The position numbers were made by a program, and so were the translations under genes. A model generated the notes under the pieces. The model worked only from the letters and a program-made list of their open reading frames with translations. It made no database searches and was not told where the DNA came from. From the NCBI RefSeq assembly GCF_006345805.1, contig NC_043002.1, forward strand, positions 30,566,001-30,630,000: a DNA stretch of 64,000 bases. The letters are read 5' to 3'. Below, piece by piece: positions 25,928 through 39,756 of this stretch. Position 1 is the first letter of the stretch. The number at the start of each line of letters is the position of its first letter. The stretch is from Octopus sinensis (taxonomy: Eukaryota).

Positions 25928-26956
25928 TCAATATGTCTTTGTGTGTTTGCGCGTGATTGTGTACATGTGTGTATGAGGGTACTTATATGAGTACGTGTGG
26001 ATATACTAAAATGTGTTTGTATGTTTGCCTTCATTCACTGACCGAGCAACAACGTAGCTGACTGCAAAGTGTGCCTATATATTTTATCGTATGTGTATGT
26101 GTGTGTGTGTGTGCGTGTGCGTACATGAGTTCGTTTAAGCTATTAAAAGGTGTGGTCGACGTTGAGGTTTGTTTACTCTAATATTTTCGCTCCCTTTCGT
26201 CATTCTACGCTTGACTGCTTCCTCATAGTGATAAACCCATACACTTTTCAAATTCAAATGCATGCTTACAAATTATTCAGAAATGCTACTAATAAAACAT
26301 ACATTTACACATTTAGACGTGTAGCCACTGAGCATCTATAGTAAATTACACACGTTTCATTCAGACAGATTTATCAATGTATTAATAGGATTTTTTATCC
26401 ATAACTTATTCCAGTCTTTAACTTATTCCGCCTTGAATAGCTTCTCAACCATTTTTGAATCCATTCTGTTTGGCTGCTGCTGTGGAAGTTTCGACCAGAG
26501 TACAAACAGCAGATGGACACAAGCAGCAGAACACAACGTCGACGCACATACCTTCGTGTAGAATATCTGTCAACACGTGCTATCACGCAGACAAATGAGT
26601 TCTCGTGTTTGGCTTGTTACTGTGGAAAAAAGCATGAATATGTCTGTAGCTTACAATTGGCTAAAATTACCCAAAATTTGCAAATGTTGAAAGCTAAAAA
26701 CTCTTTATTGATTTTATAGAGAAAACGAATTAAATGGCATTGATTAGCATATAAAACTACATCATGGCACCGAATATGAAATCAATTCGAACAAAAATTG
26801 AAGAGATTATAAATTGGTATCCAAAAAGAAAAGTTCCCATTTTTGCTGATAGGCCCCTCAATTCCCTTTTACTCAGGTGGGCCCTCATAGCCATTCAACG
26901 TTAAAAAAATTCTATTATGTTCTAAAATTGAATATTATGAGGAATTATTCTATGCT

Positions 26957-27389
26957 TTTATTATTTTACTTGTTTCAGTCATTTGACTGCGGATCTGTTG
27001 AAACACCGCTTTAATGGGTTTTATTCAAAGAAATAGATTCCATGGGTCGCTTTTGCCGAACCGCTAATTCATGGGAATAAGAACACTGCAGGGGGGGGGG
27101 CAAATACAAATACACACACACATACATACGCACGAACGCACACACACACACACACACATACACACACACACATATATTGCCTCATCATGGCGGCAGCCTC
27201 AAGGCTGAAACATATAAAAGAATATGACGGGTTTCTTTCAGGTTGCGTCTACCAAACCCACTCACAAGGATTTGGTCGGACGTAAGCTACAGAAGAAGGC
27301 ACCTGTCCAACGTGCGACGCAGTGGGGCTGAACCCGGAGCCATGTGGTTGGGAAGCAGGCTTCTTACCACACAGCCATGCCTGTGCCTA
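26957..27389 (-). mobile_element. SINE family B, degenerate
   Basis: Head taggcacaggcatggctgtgtggtaag on the minus strand; tail ttacttgtttcagtcatttgactgcgg. Confidence 0.8.
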
Positions 27390-28570
27390 TTGTATAAAAA
27401 ATGCTAAAATTTGTTGTGTACAGTAGAAGTATAACCAATTTAAGTTTCATATATTTTAACAAGAACTGTCATATGGACCCCGGTTGAGAAACACCTAATG
27501 TTGCCATTTTCTTTTGTTTTTTTTTTTAGGAAGGTGAGTGTTTCATAGCTTTTACTCAGGAGAAAATGCATTTTCAGGGTCACCGAGACTGGCAGTGGGA
27601 GAGAAGGAGACAAACTTTGACCTAGGCTGAATAATTACAACCCTAATTAGCAACTGGTGATATTAAACCCGAGTGGCATAAGGGGAATTCGAACTCAGAA
27701 CGCAAAGACCCGGAATAAATATCTCGAAGTAATCAGTATGACATACTTCAACTTTCACAAGGTGTATGTATAAGAAGCTCGCTTGACAAACTCGTAGATT
27801 CGATTCCATGTCGCGCTTCGCGGCAGCATGTACAAATTTCTTCTGCAGAATCGGTCCGACTAATATTTTCTGAATGAATGTAATAGAGGGAAACTGTGTG
27901 GAAGCCCGTCATATATATGTATGTAAATACTCTTTTACTCTGTGACTCCTTTACTTCTTTCAGTCATTTGTTGAAACACCGCCTTTATTCGAACACTTCG
28001 ATCCCAGGATTTAGTCGTTGTATTCTATCGGTGCCTTTTGCTGAACCTTGTTTGTCTGTGTTGTCGTTAGTTGGCTACAGTGGTGAAGAGTTTCTTACCA
28101 CACGACTATATATATACATGTTTGTGTGTGTTTGTGTGTGTACGTCCTTGTGTATGTGTGTGCGCGTGTGTGTGCTTGCGTGCGTGCGTGTGTGTAGATT
28201 CTTGACGTCATAAATTTCATACACTTTCTAGAGAACATGCAAAATACTTCTTGTCGAAAGTTCATAAGATTCTTATGACGCCCAAAACATACAATTCTCA
28301 CTTGAAAGAATAAAGCTTCTAAAGTGGATAAAATATTCGAACGGTTGGTTTGGTACAATGGTTAGAACGCCCATCATGTTTACAAGGAATATAGGTGATG
28401 AGTCCCACCGGCATCTTTGAATTTTTCAATCTAAAATGCTTTGTTTTTAACTTGATATTTATATACTTACTATTAATAGATTTACGTGAGCTCAAGAGCC
28501 TACACACACACACACACACAGACACACACACACACATACACACATACACACACACACAGACACACACACA

Positions 28571-28770
28571 CGAGAGCTGCTGAAAATTCTTGGCTTTGGG
28601 TAAAAGGAAATAGAGGAGGATCAATTAGTTATCATTTTATTTAAATTATTCCCCTCTCAGATTCATACACGTTTTGGAACGGTCCTTCAGTTTTTCAGTC
28701 TCGTAAAAGAACTCGGAAGCTTGGGCTTCCAACCAGGCCTTTCGTGACTGGAACTTTCCTCCACCCTTGT
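28571..28770 (+). mobile_element. Mariner-type MITE copy
   Basis: cgagagctgctgaaaattcttggcttt...ccacccttgta; homologous to 15700-15915. Confidence 0.75.
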
Positions 28771-28779
28771 ATATATATA

Positions 28780-29347
28780 TTGGGTTGTCCGGAAAGTTCG
28801 TGCCGATTTATAGTAGCTTACCTTTCGACTTATTTTAGAACATAGTTGAGCCCATAAAATAGGATTTGACTACACCTCCATTTAGAGCACTGTTTAAGTT
28901 ATCTTTTCGTGGAAGAAGGTTTATATTCCTATAACCTGTGTTAATTCTGTAACCCTTTAAAATGGAAGATAAGAAAGTTCATTTTCGGCACTTGATGCTT
29001 TGATAACCAGGCAAAAATTGCTGCAGCCCGGCTGGGATGTGTTACTTCACCCTCAATATTCAACAGATATTGCTCCTTCGGATTTCCACTTATTGAGGTC
29101 TCTGTAAAATAGTCTTAATGGTAAAAAATGTCAATTCCTTGGATGACGTAAAAAGATACCTTGATGAATTGTCTGCCATGAAACCACCTCAATTCTGGGA
29201 AGAGGGTATTTTCAAGGCAAAGGAAAGATGGAGACGCATTGTGCAACAAAATGGTTCATATTTGAATGATTAAAAATGTAATGGAAAGTATTTATTGACC
29301 TTTCTTTTTTTCCTTTAAAAATGGGCACGAACTTTCCGGACAACTCA

Positions 29348-29348
<1 letters not shown>
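28780..29348 (+). mobile_element. Internally deleted mariner element
   Basis: TIRs ttgggttgtccggaaagttcgtgcc / ggcacgaactttccggacaactcaa; MEDKKVHFRHLML joined to WDVLLHPQYSTDIAPSDFHL...ERWRRIVQQNGSY. Confidence 0.92.
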
Positions 29349-29396
<48 letters not shown>

Positions 29397-30025
29397 TGAA
29401 ATTACTAGTCAATCATTTTTAATACATGCTAGAGCACGCTTCCTGATCTCTAATGTTCACGCACGCATACTTACACAAACAAACACGCGCGCACTCGTAC
29501 AAACATATCTATTTTAGCTTATGCCAAAACTAATTACGATGTGAATAAATTTACTTCTCATATGTTATTTCATTTAGATTGAAATTCCATAACGACGTTC
29601 GTTAAATTCTTTGCTATATTAAATCAGTTATTCACTTGTTTACAATGAACTAAGCGTGAGTAGGAGATAAATGTATTATTAATTTGGTGTATATATATAT
29701 ATATCGGTAATATTTATATATAAATAGAATATTTACTTATAAATAGAATATTAATTAGTAGAACTTTAACTAAAAATACATCTTTAACTATATATATATC
29801 TGTCTGCTAAACGCCCCATTACTGAACAATACCCCTCCACACACACACACACACTTAAGCACGTGCTTACCTATTATTGTTAATATTAATTAAGTAAGCC
29901 GAGTAGCTGGCCTAATTGTCAGCGTATCTTACCCGATTAATTGACCTCATTTTTTTCTCCATCTTCAGAGAGTTCGAATTCATTCAAGTCTTTCGTTTTT
30001 ATTCTTTCGTGGTCGATACATATAC

Positions 30026-30345
30026 ACTCTTTTACTTGCTTCAGTCATTTGACTGCGGCCATGCTGGAGCACCGCCTTTTAGTTGTGCAAATCGACCCCA
30101 GGACTTATTTTTTTGTAAGCCTCGTACTTATTTTATCGTTCTCTTTTTGCCGAACCGTTAAGTTACGGGGACGTAATCACACCAGCATCGGTTGTCAAGC
30201 GATGTTGGGGGAACAAACACAGACACACAAACACCACAACACACCACAACACACACACACACAACATACACACACACGCACCGCACACACACCACACACA
30301 CACACAACACACACACACACACACAACACACACACACATATATAT

Positions 30346-30384
<39 letters not shown>

Positions 30385-30549
30385 CAACAGGCTTCTTTCA
30401 GTTTCCGTCTAAGAAATCCACTCACAAGGCTTTGGTCGGTCCGAGGCTATAAGTAGAAGACACTTGCCCAAGATGCCAGGCAGTGGGATTGAACCCAGAA
30501 CCATGTGGTTGGTAAGCAAGCTACTTACCACACAGCCACGCCTGCGCCA
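30026..30549 (-). mobile_element. SINE family B, full length
   Basis: Head, CORE-like region, (CA)/(TA) microsatellite and tail all present. Confidence 0.92.
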
Positions 30550-30769
30550 TATAAGTACAGTTTAAGACTTAGGATTGATCTAGTCGATCTTTCCCTAAAA
30601 TTGCTTGCGTTGTACCAAAATGTAAATCCCTTTTTGCTTTTTAATCCGCAGAGAAAGACAAAAGTGACCGAAAATTTCGTGCGTGCCACCCATAGACAGT
30701 TTATAGTTCAAAAGTATATTCATATATTATTGTGTTGTATGTCTCCTGCTGAAATAAAGTGTCTTGTTC

Positions 30770-31018
30770 TTGAGCAAGACACTTTATTTCACGTTGCTCC
30801 AGTTCACTCAGCTGTAGAAATGAGTTGCGACGTCACGAGTTCCAAGCTGTATCGGCCCCTTTGCCTTTCCCTTGGATAACACTGGTGGCGTGGAGAGGGG
30901 AGGCCGGTATGCATGGGCGACTGCTGGTCTTCCATAAACAACCATGCCCGGACTTGTGACTAGGAGAGTAACTTTCTAGGTGCAATCCCATGGTCAGTGT
31001 CGTGACCGAAGGGGGTCC
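30770..31018 (+). mobile_element. SINE family C, 5'-truncated, with small fold-back at the junction
   Basis: ttgagcaagacactttatttcacgttgctccag...gaccgaagggggtc; hairpin 30751-30790. Confidence 0.9.
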
Positions 31019-34000
31019 CGGATCCCGGATGTCTCTTGCTTGGTTCCCCAAACGTGTTGTGTGCGTGTGTGTGTGTGTGTTTGTTTATTTTACTAATCAC
31101 CTCTTTCATTCAATCATTCATTCTGATTTACCCTTTCTCTCTCTTTCTCCCGTTCCCTTTCTCTCTCCTTCTCCTTCTCTCTCTTTCATTCTCCCCTCTT
31201 CTTTTCTGCCCCCTCTCTCACACACAGACATACTCGCACACATTTCAGCAGACATGTACACAAAATCCTCTCCTCATTACATTTTATGTTTGGCCTTGCT
31301 GGAGCAACAATTTATTCGTTTTATCAACTGTTATAATTAGCCGCCTATTATTTCTTAATGCACAATCTTACTCTCAAAACCATTCCATCCATGACCACCT
31401 CAAATTTTTTTCAGACAGAAAGTATCTAAGACGATATCATCCAGTATATCATTCCTTATTTTATAACAGATGTTGGTGTATGAGCTGAGTGGAAATTAGC
31501 TGCTATTTCGAAGAAAGAAACTAGGTAAATCGTTAGCCTGTTTAAAGATAAAATCGTTGTATTTTAAACTATAGACAGTTAACGAGGCAATGTGCTTCAG
31601 TAGAGGGCACTGTGTTCAGCTAGAGGTCAGTGTCTTGAAGTTGTTTGATTTATGCTATGAATGCGTAACGAAATTTGGAACTTTATCTTCAGGAATATTA
31701 TCTTTCAAATTTATAGATTATGATATTTCAGGGCGTAGAAATGTCCTTTAGTATTCAAATCATTAATACATAAATATATTTGTTTGTGACTTCTAAAGGC
31801 CTAAGTTGTGGGCATTGTGTATTTTATTTTAAGTATTTTTCTCATTTGTGTTATCCCTGTTTGATGCAGTCTTTCTTAAAGAGAGATAGAGAGAGAGAGA
31901 GAGGGAGAGGGAGAGAGAAGGAGAGAAAGAAAGAGAGAAAGATGGAAAGAGAGAGAAGGAGAGAGGGAAAGTGAGAGAGTGTGTGTGTATGTGTGTGTAT
32001 GTTTCTGTGTGTATGTAGCTTGTAATTTAGGACATGAATTTTAATTGTTGTAGGTTTCTCTCTCCTGTTGGGAGAAGGGAGAAGAGGTTGTGGAGAGTGA
32101 TGTGAAAAAGAGCATCAGTAATAGAGATAGATAGATAAAGAGATAACTAGATAGACAGACAGACAAATAGATCGATTGATAGATGGACGGACGGGCAGGC
32201 AAAAAGGCAGAGAGACAAAGAGAGTTGGGAGATTGACATTATAAGAATCAATGGTGAGACAAGTAGTCATGAGAACAAACATTTAAACAATGAGAAACGA
32301 GAGGTAACGTGATAAAATAATTGTTGCATAAGAAGTGAGTGAATTGCTAAAAGAAAAAAATTCAGTAGTGCGGGGAATTTCTGAGAAAAGTGTCAACGGT
32401 TAACGTCGTTGCTATTATCAGTTACGTTACAGCATACCAAGTGTTAAGATTATAATTTGTAACTTCTCTTCCAAGGGCTTGTAAAGCCGAAAGAAGTCAC
32501 TTTCGTCCTTTTCCATAGAGATGTTAGTTACCGCTGCGATATATCTGCATTCTATGACTGCAAACTATCTCTATTGTTTAATTCAACATTTTCAACATTC
32601 GTAGTTTCCTTTTGATCTTTAAAGTGTAGTAGTTCATATAACGCAACAAAATCTGTTGTCTTCGCTTACGTTCTTCAAAATGATTTTGTTAGAAAAAGCC
32701 TAAGATTTCTGGAAGTTATCCATCATTGTTCCAGGCAAAAGAGTCTTCCTGTACAAACTCGCCATTTCCGTTTCGTCTGTGCGCAGAGTTTTCTCAAGAA
32801 CATCATCGCTTCTCCTTGCTGCTAATCCTTATCATGTTTCTAAAATTAAACAGCCAATAATCCCCATTGTTCGATTGGTAAGTGGTAAGAGATGGTGAGA
32901 TTTTGAAGGCATTCCAGATACCAGGTGCAGTTCAAGAGATGGTACTGTCTAAGCACATGGCTATACCTCAATACCAAAGGCGCGTATATCTAGTAGCTCA
33001 TGAAGTTACTGGCAGTAAATGGACGGACTCAACCGAAAAGCAGCTGAGACGAAGAGCAGACCATCCAATCAACTTCCAACATTGCTAAATTAAGAAAAAA
33101 AAAAGATAACATTGATGATGATGAGGAGGAGGAGGATGAGGCTGATGATGAATTTTTATTGTTATTCAACGTCTTAGGAAGGCTCGACGATCTGGCACTA
33201 AACAATAACAGAGACGATGTAAACATTCAATTAGTTCTACCCACTTCTCCAGGAATAGCTTCCTCTCTGAATGGTACCATTTTCGTTTATTTCTTTTAGG
33301 AAGGTGGGTGTTTCATAGCCATTAATCAGGAGGAAAAACATATTCAGGGCCACTGAGACTGGCAGTAAGAGAGAAGGAGACAAACACGAACGGTAAGTCC
33401 GATAAGCCCGTGTAAGTCTGTAAATATGTGTTTTTAGCACGCCACGTTCCTATTTCACGCTCTTCACAGGTGCTGAGTTGCAAGTTCATCGATTTGTCCA
33501 GATTGATTTGTGCTCCACAACCTTTTTTCACTTGCTGTATACTTATAGTCTTTTCAAAATTCAGTGGCACACCTGAACTAAAAATATAACTGAAACTACA
33601 GGGAAGAAATTATACTCAGGTTACACTTCGGTACACCTAGCATCTTCTCTTTTTTTTCCACTTCATAAAAAAGCCTTCGCATGATGTCTGTTTACTCGAA
33701 ACGTAATATTTCCAAGAAAAATACGTCAAAAACTGAGTTGGAAGAGCGTAATCGATTATATCGATTCTATAAATACGTTCGGATTTTATTTTTATGGAAT
33801 CGGGAAGAATGAAAGCAGAAAATGACCCGGCAGGTTTTTAAATATTATTTAAAGGGGTTAAATACGAGTTATTTTGTTCAATCAACTTCCAACATTGCTA
33901 AATTAAGAAAAAAAAAAGATAACATTGATGATGATGAGGAGGAGGAGGATGAGGCTGATGATGAATTTTTATTGTTATTCAACGTCTCCTTGGTCATCTA

Positions 34001-34994
34001 CAGTTATTGTTTTTGTTTTTGTTGTTGTAACTTTTTAACCCTAGGTCGACCCTGTTTAACCAAGTCTATGATCAGATATTCTTATACTCTTATATCAAAT
34101 ATAGAACAATATCCAGCACACGCTTCGTCTTTAATTTCATAAGACGAGATTCAGGCGGTGTTTAGCCGCTATATCTAGCGACTATAAATATGTCTTCGCA
34201 CGTTTTGTGGGACCATCTGCAGTATTTGTTTGATATTGTTGACATATTTATTATTTTTCATTTAAAAAATTTTTTTGTTATTGACTGAGGACATGGGTTT
34301 GGAACAGCTGTGTTCATTCATAATTCAATAACCGTATGTAATTGATTCAAGTTCGCACCTACAAAACCAACAAACCTCTTATCTAATGTACAGCTCTGGT
34401 TCTGGGCAGTATTTTAAATGTCACACATGCATACAGGCATCACACACACATATTCACCTAAATTGACAAATACGCACACACGTTCACCTGTATTGACACC
34501 CCTTCACAGCTACACGTACATATATCGAACAAAAAAATAAAATCAGTAACATAAGGTTATATTTATATACATACACAATAGCACACATATATGTTAAATA
34601 TGTATATATTATCAGGGATATAAGTACACACATAAACATTAAAAAAAACTCGTGACCACATACAAAATAGCAAAGAACTTAAATAAATACACGTATATAT
34701 TATAATTGTATATATGTGTGCACTACATACAACCATTTTATGTGTGAGGAATATAAAGTTGTCATAAAGTAAAAATGCATTCACGTATATCAAATAATTC
34801 AGTACTTGCAAATATGCCAGTTCTAAAATCTGTCTAAGAGATCAACGCAGTTGTCGTACTGACGAGCAATGTTCGTAGCCATTTTAACATGGCCATCCGT
34901 TCGATCGGACTCTACTGCGATTTATTTTAACCCCAAGGGGACATAACCTCTAGCTGGTTAACAATGTACAGCTGCATCTGATATAATTGCGAGC

Positions 34995-35023
34995 AAGGGA
35001 GCGAAGCCCTACCATCACCTAGT
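34995..35023 (+). other. Possible Helitron-type 3' terminus
   Basis: Hairpin aggg-agcgaag-ccct 8 nt upstream of CTAG followed by T; no matching 5' end identified. Confidence 0.3.
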
Positions 35024-35161
35024 GACGGGACTAGTAGACCAGATTTGCTTTCGGGCTATTTCTGCCACTCCTCAATACTGGATACTTCGTCTGCTAGAGA
35101 TGTATTTGCACGCACGTACGCACGCACTCACGCAAGCACGCACGCACACACACAACACACA

Positions 35162-35209
<48 letters not shown>

Positions 35210-35710
35210 CGAAAAATACTGTCGTAAAAAAAAATTGGGCAACATAAAAGAAAAAAAAAGAGAAAATAAACAAATATATATATAAAGAGGAACCGAAATA
35301 AAATAAAAGAATAAAGAAATGCTATAACAACACTAATAATAATATTCATAGAACATCAACGATAGAAACACGATCAAATGCAACTAGTTTAACATAAATT
35401 ATAATATGCAAACATCAAGGGTTGAGGGAAACCATTAATCCACTGATATGACACGAATAATATTTAATAAACATCGAACAAACAGTATAAATGTTTCCTC
35501 AATTTTAGGTTTAAGTAAATGGACGTGTGATTAGTTGTATTTACTTAAATGTCGTCATTAAGCTCTTTTCACAAGTGCAATAGTTTAGAAGATGTTCAGA
35601 ATAGGAAAATAGCCAAAGGTTTATTTAGCAACTGTAATCTATGAATGAATATGTGCATACCTTCATGGAAATGCTTTTCTAAGAGTATATCTATATTTGT
35701 CTGTTTGTTT

Positions 35711-35920
35711 AAGGCGGCGAGCTGGCAGAAACGTTAGCACGCCGGGCGAAATGCTTCGCGGCATTTCGTCTGCCGCTATGTTCTGAGTTCAAATTCCGCC
35801 GAGGTCGACTTTGCCATTCATCCTTTCGGTGTCAATAAATTAAGTACCAGTTACGCACTGGGATCGATGTAATCGACTTGATCCGTTTGCCTGTCCTTGT
35901 TTGTGGGCAATAAAGAAATA
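35711..35920 (+). mobile_element. SINE family A
   Basis: aaggcggcgagctggcagaaacgttagcacgcc...aaagaaata. Confidence 0.92.
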
Positions 35921-36099
35921 AGAAACGTTAGCACTTTATTACGGACACTAGCTAATATACCCTCTTTCATTTCGCTCCCTCTCTCTTCATTACTTTTTTG
36001 TCTTTCTCCCTTTTGCTTCTATTTCTTCTCCCATTCTCTCTTCTTGTTTTGATTTCACCTATCTCCCATTTCTAATCATACACATCACTATCCCCCTCT

Positions 36100-36486
36100 A
36101 TCTATCCATTCACACTACCAACACATTTTAATCCACACAAACAAAAACCTATATACTTGGAATGACCAAATATAACCACCATTGAAACTCATTCACCATG
36201 TACAAGAAGATTTCTTCACCAAAACAATTTTTCACGAACTATATACACTATATACAACATTCAACTTGAATAGTGGAACTGCAAATGCAATATCCTTATG
36301 TACCTCACTTCTATATTCATTCTCTGTATCTCATATCTTCTCTACAATAATTACTGCTGAAGTATTTTTCGCACCGTCTCTGATGAAGGGATATATAAAA
36401 TATACCGGAAACAGGTGCAAGCCCTTTTCTTGATAAATATTATGAAACCTATTTACTGAATTGGATTTTTTCATCTCATTCTATCA

Positions 36487-36488
<2 letters not shown>
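36100..36488 (+). mobile_element. Degenerate PLE-like 3' region with hammerhead-like motif, ending in (TA)n
   Basis: CUGAUGA-AGGGAUAU-auaaa-AUAUACCG-GAAA-CAGGUG-CA at 36380-36418, about 65 nt before (TA)n; weak GIY-YIG-tail-like frame upstream. Confidence 0.45.
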
Positions 36489-36549
<61 letters not shown>

Positions 36550-36565
36550 GATAATGTATATATAG

Positions 36566-36601
<36 letters not shown>

Positions 36602-36610
36602 ATATATGTA

Positions 36611-36668
<58 letters not shown>

Positions 36669-36731
36669 ATATATATATATAATACATATATATATACTAT
36701 ATAAACACACCACATATATGTGTGTGTGGGT

Positions 36732-36772
<41 letters not shown>

Positions 36773-36839
36773 TGCAGTAGTAATTACTCGTTTGCTCTTG
36801 TTATCCACTTTCAATTGCTATACATTTATGAAATCATAA

Positions 36840-37414
36840 ACCTTCAAATTTAGAGTTTTCAATGTCCGTTGGTATGGCCTCCAGCTTATGTAAAACTGCA
36901 GCGGCGATTTACATATTAACTTCTTTGGATTTCAAGTAATCCTTTGACGAATGTCTAGCAAAACTTCCGCATTCGAACTACAGGGTCTATTTGTTTTGTT
37001 GCGTTATGCATTGACCCCGTAGCACGCCACTTCTTCACCAATATTTGTATGATTCCTTAAACCATTAGTCCTGTTCTCAGAAATTGACTTCCAAAATTTC
37101 ATGCGGCTTTGCATAACAGAACTCATTCTCACTTACGCTTCTGCAATCTTCACTTTTTCTACTACTGAGTATGTCATCTTGTAGAAAAGACTAGAGTTAT
37201 TCATTCAATACAATCTTACAATCAACAAATGTGGTAAGGATGCTGTGTGAATAAGGTAGCAAACAGTCGAGTTGTGCTCCGTCTTTGTTCAGCGTTCGAA
37301 ATAACACAATGATACTTGAAAATGAAAAGCTGGCTCCTATTTCGTGTGGGTAAATTTGTTTCTCTATTTACACTATGCTATGGAACTCAGACTACTCTTT
37401 CGTGCACCACCCTG
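36840..37414 (-). mobile_element. 5' fragment of IS630-Tc1-mariner element
   Basis: TA-cagggtggtgcacgaaa TIR-like start; decayed N-terminal frame MTYSVVEKVKIAEA...LVKKWRATGS. Confidence 0.6.
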
Positions 37415-37596
37415 TATTATCAGGAACCTACAAATAATATAGGAGTATATATACCTGTAAATTTGTATTTGATCTAATATTTTATCATCCTCTTCACTGC
37501 GACATGCCTCAAAGGGAAAATAAGCAATTGGAAAAGCATAATATTTGAAGAACATTCGTCCCGTGTTTACGAACATTTAAAGCCGTTGTATTGCAT

Positions 37597-37627
<31 letters not shown>

Positions 37628-37828
37628 TTGAACCAAGATAGGGAATATTCTGTGTTTGTTTATTCATACATATATTTTAAAAAATTGAAATATTGAATTG
37701 TCCGGTTCTCTCTATCTTATAGTTGCACTAAAAACAATATACAGATTGTTGTATTTGAATATATACACGCACATACATATACATACATCAAGAAATGTAT
37801 ATATCTATATATTGTGTCTATCCATCGT

Positions 37829-37876
<48 letters not shown>

Positions 37877-38669
37877 TATATATATATATATATGCATGTA
37901 TATTTGTGAATGGACAAACGAAAGAAAGGCACTCCACAAATTTCCAATGGCTGACGATTAGAATCACGATTTGAAACTCGGAGTAACAAGGAATTTGAAT
38001 CAAACTGTTTTGGTCCAAACATACATACATACATACATACATACATACATACATACATACATACATACATACATACATACGTGCGTGTGTGTGTGTGCGC
38101 GTGTGCGTATGTGTGTGTGTGTGAGTGTGTATGTGTGTGTATGTATATGTATCAGTTTTTCCATATCTATCTATTTCTTTGTCGGTCTACAAATCTATCT
38201 ATCGCTTTTTCTTTCTTCCATTCCTCTTTGTGCAATGAAAGAGAGTGATATAGACTGACAGAGACATAGATAAACAGACAGTTAGATAGATCTTATATTA
38301 ATAGATATATAAATAGAACAGTTACCTTGTAGAAATTATTTAAATCAACTTTTATTTTTAGTTTTAGTCAAAGTTCTTTTCATATATTTGTGTAAGATTT
38401 TTACGGTTTGCTTACAACTATAAAATCCCGAAACCTATGTGTGTGTGTGTCTGTGTGTGTATATATATATGTAACTGCATAATTATGTATATGCATATGA
38501 ATACATATATATATGTATATATGCATATATATTCACACGTATAAAGTAATATATACATATATTTATGTATAAAATGACATACATATAAATATATATATAT
38601 AAACATTTATGTATATATATATACGTATGTGTATGTGTGTGTATATATATAGTTGTATGAATATAAACA

Positions 38670-38708
<39 letters not shown>

Positions 38709-38717
38709 TATATAAAT

Positions 38718-38753
<36 letters not shown>

Positions 38754-39130
38754 CTATATATATATATATATATATAGATAGATAGATAGATATAGAGTAT
38801 GTATGTATATATATATATATATATACATAAACGCATATACGCTTGCACACATATGAATATGTGTGAGTGTGAGTAAAGATATACGACTATATTTCAATAA
38901 ATAATTAATGGTGTCTACAAAGAAGATATCATTTCAGAATCCAACTTGCCTACATAATTTATTGTGGCAGGCTATTGAAATAAATGTTGCAATTCCGGCA
39001 GCCATATATAATATGAATAAATGATTAGCCTTTGCATTATTTTCTGAATGATGTACAGATACATGAGCACACGTTTACACAAATCTACGCATGCGCACAC
39101 AAACATATACTAACACTCACACACACGCAA

Positions 39131-39163
<33 letters not shown>

Positions 39164-39708
39164 CGATCACATTGAGTGAAACTCAAGCAGACTCACATAC
39201 ACACATATCTATATATATGTATATATATGTGTATATATATATATATATTGTAAGATCATATACGTAAATATACAACTACACAACCCCAAACACCGATATA
39301 TATGTACATACATACAAGCATATATATATATATGTGTGTGTGTGTTTGTGTTTATACATATACATATATATCTATATCTATATGTATCTATCTATCTCCC
39401 TCTCTCTCTCTATATATATATAGGTGTATTTTTATGCACCTATATATGCTTATGCCTCCATGCACAGAAGCACTCCCACTAATCGACTATATACGCACCC
39501 AAGGGAGAAAAAGAGGCCCCACTGAATAATACATACGCATATATATATATATACATTTATGCAAGCACGCGCGGATAGACACCCCCGCACACTCACATAC
39601 AGACCCACTTATAAACACATTCTTAGCGGCGTACGTACACTTTGTTCTCTTATATATATATATATATATATAGATAGATAGATAGATAGATATATAGATA
39701 GATAGATT

Positions 39709-39756
<48 letters not shown>

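Noticed and set aside
32670-32818. Minus-strand exon-like frame RRSDDVLEKTLRTDETEMASLYRK ending at a GTAAGC donor
   Set aside because: In-frame TAG, no polypyrimidine tract at the acceptor, no recognisable homology
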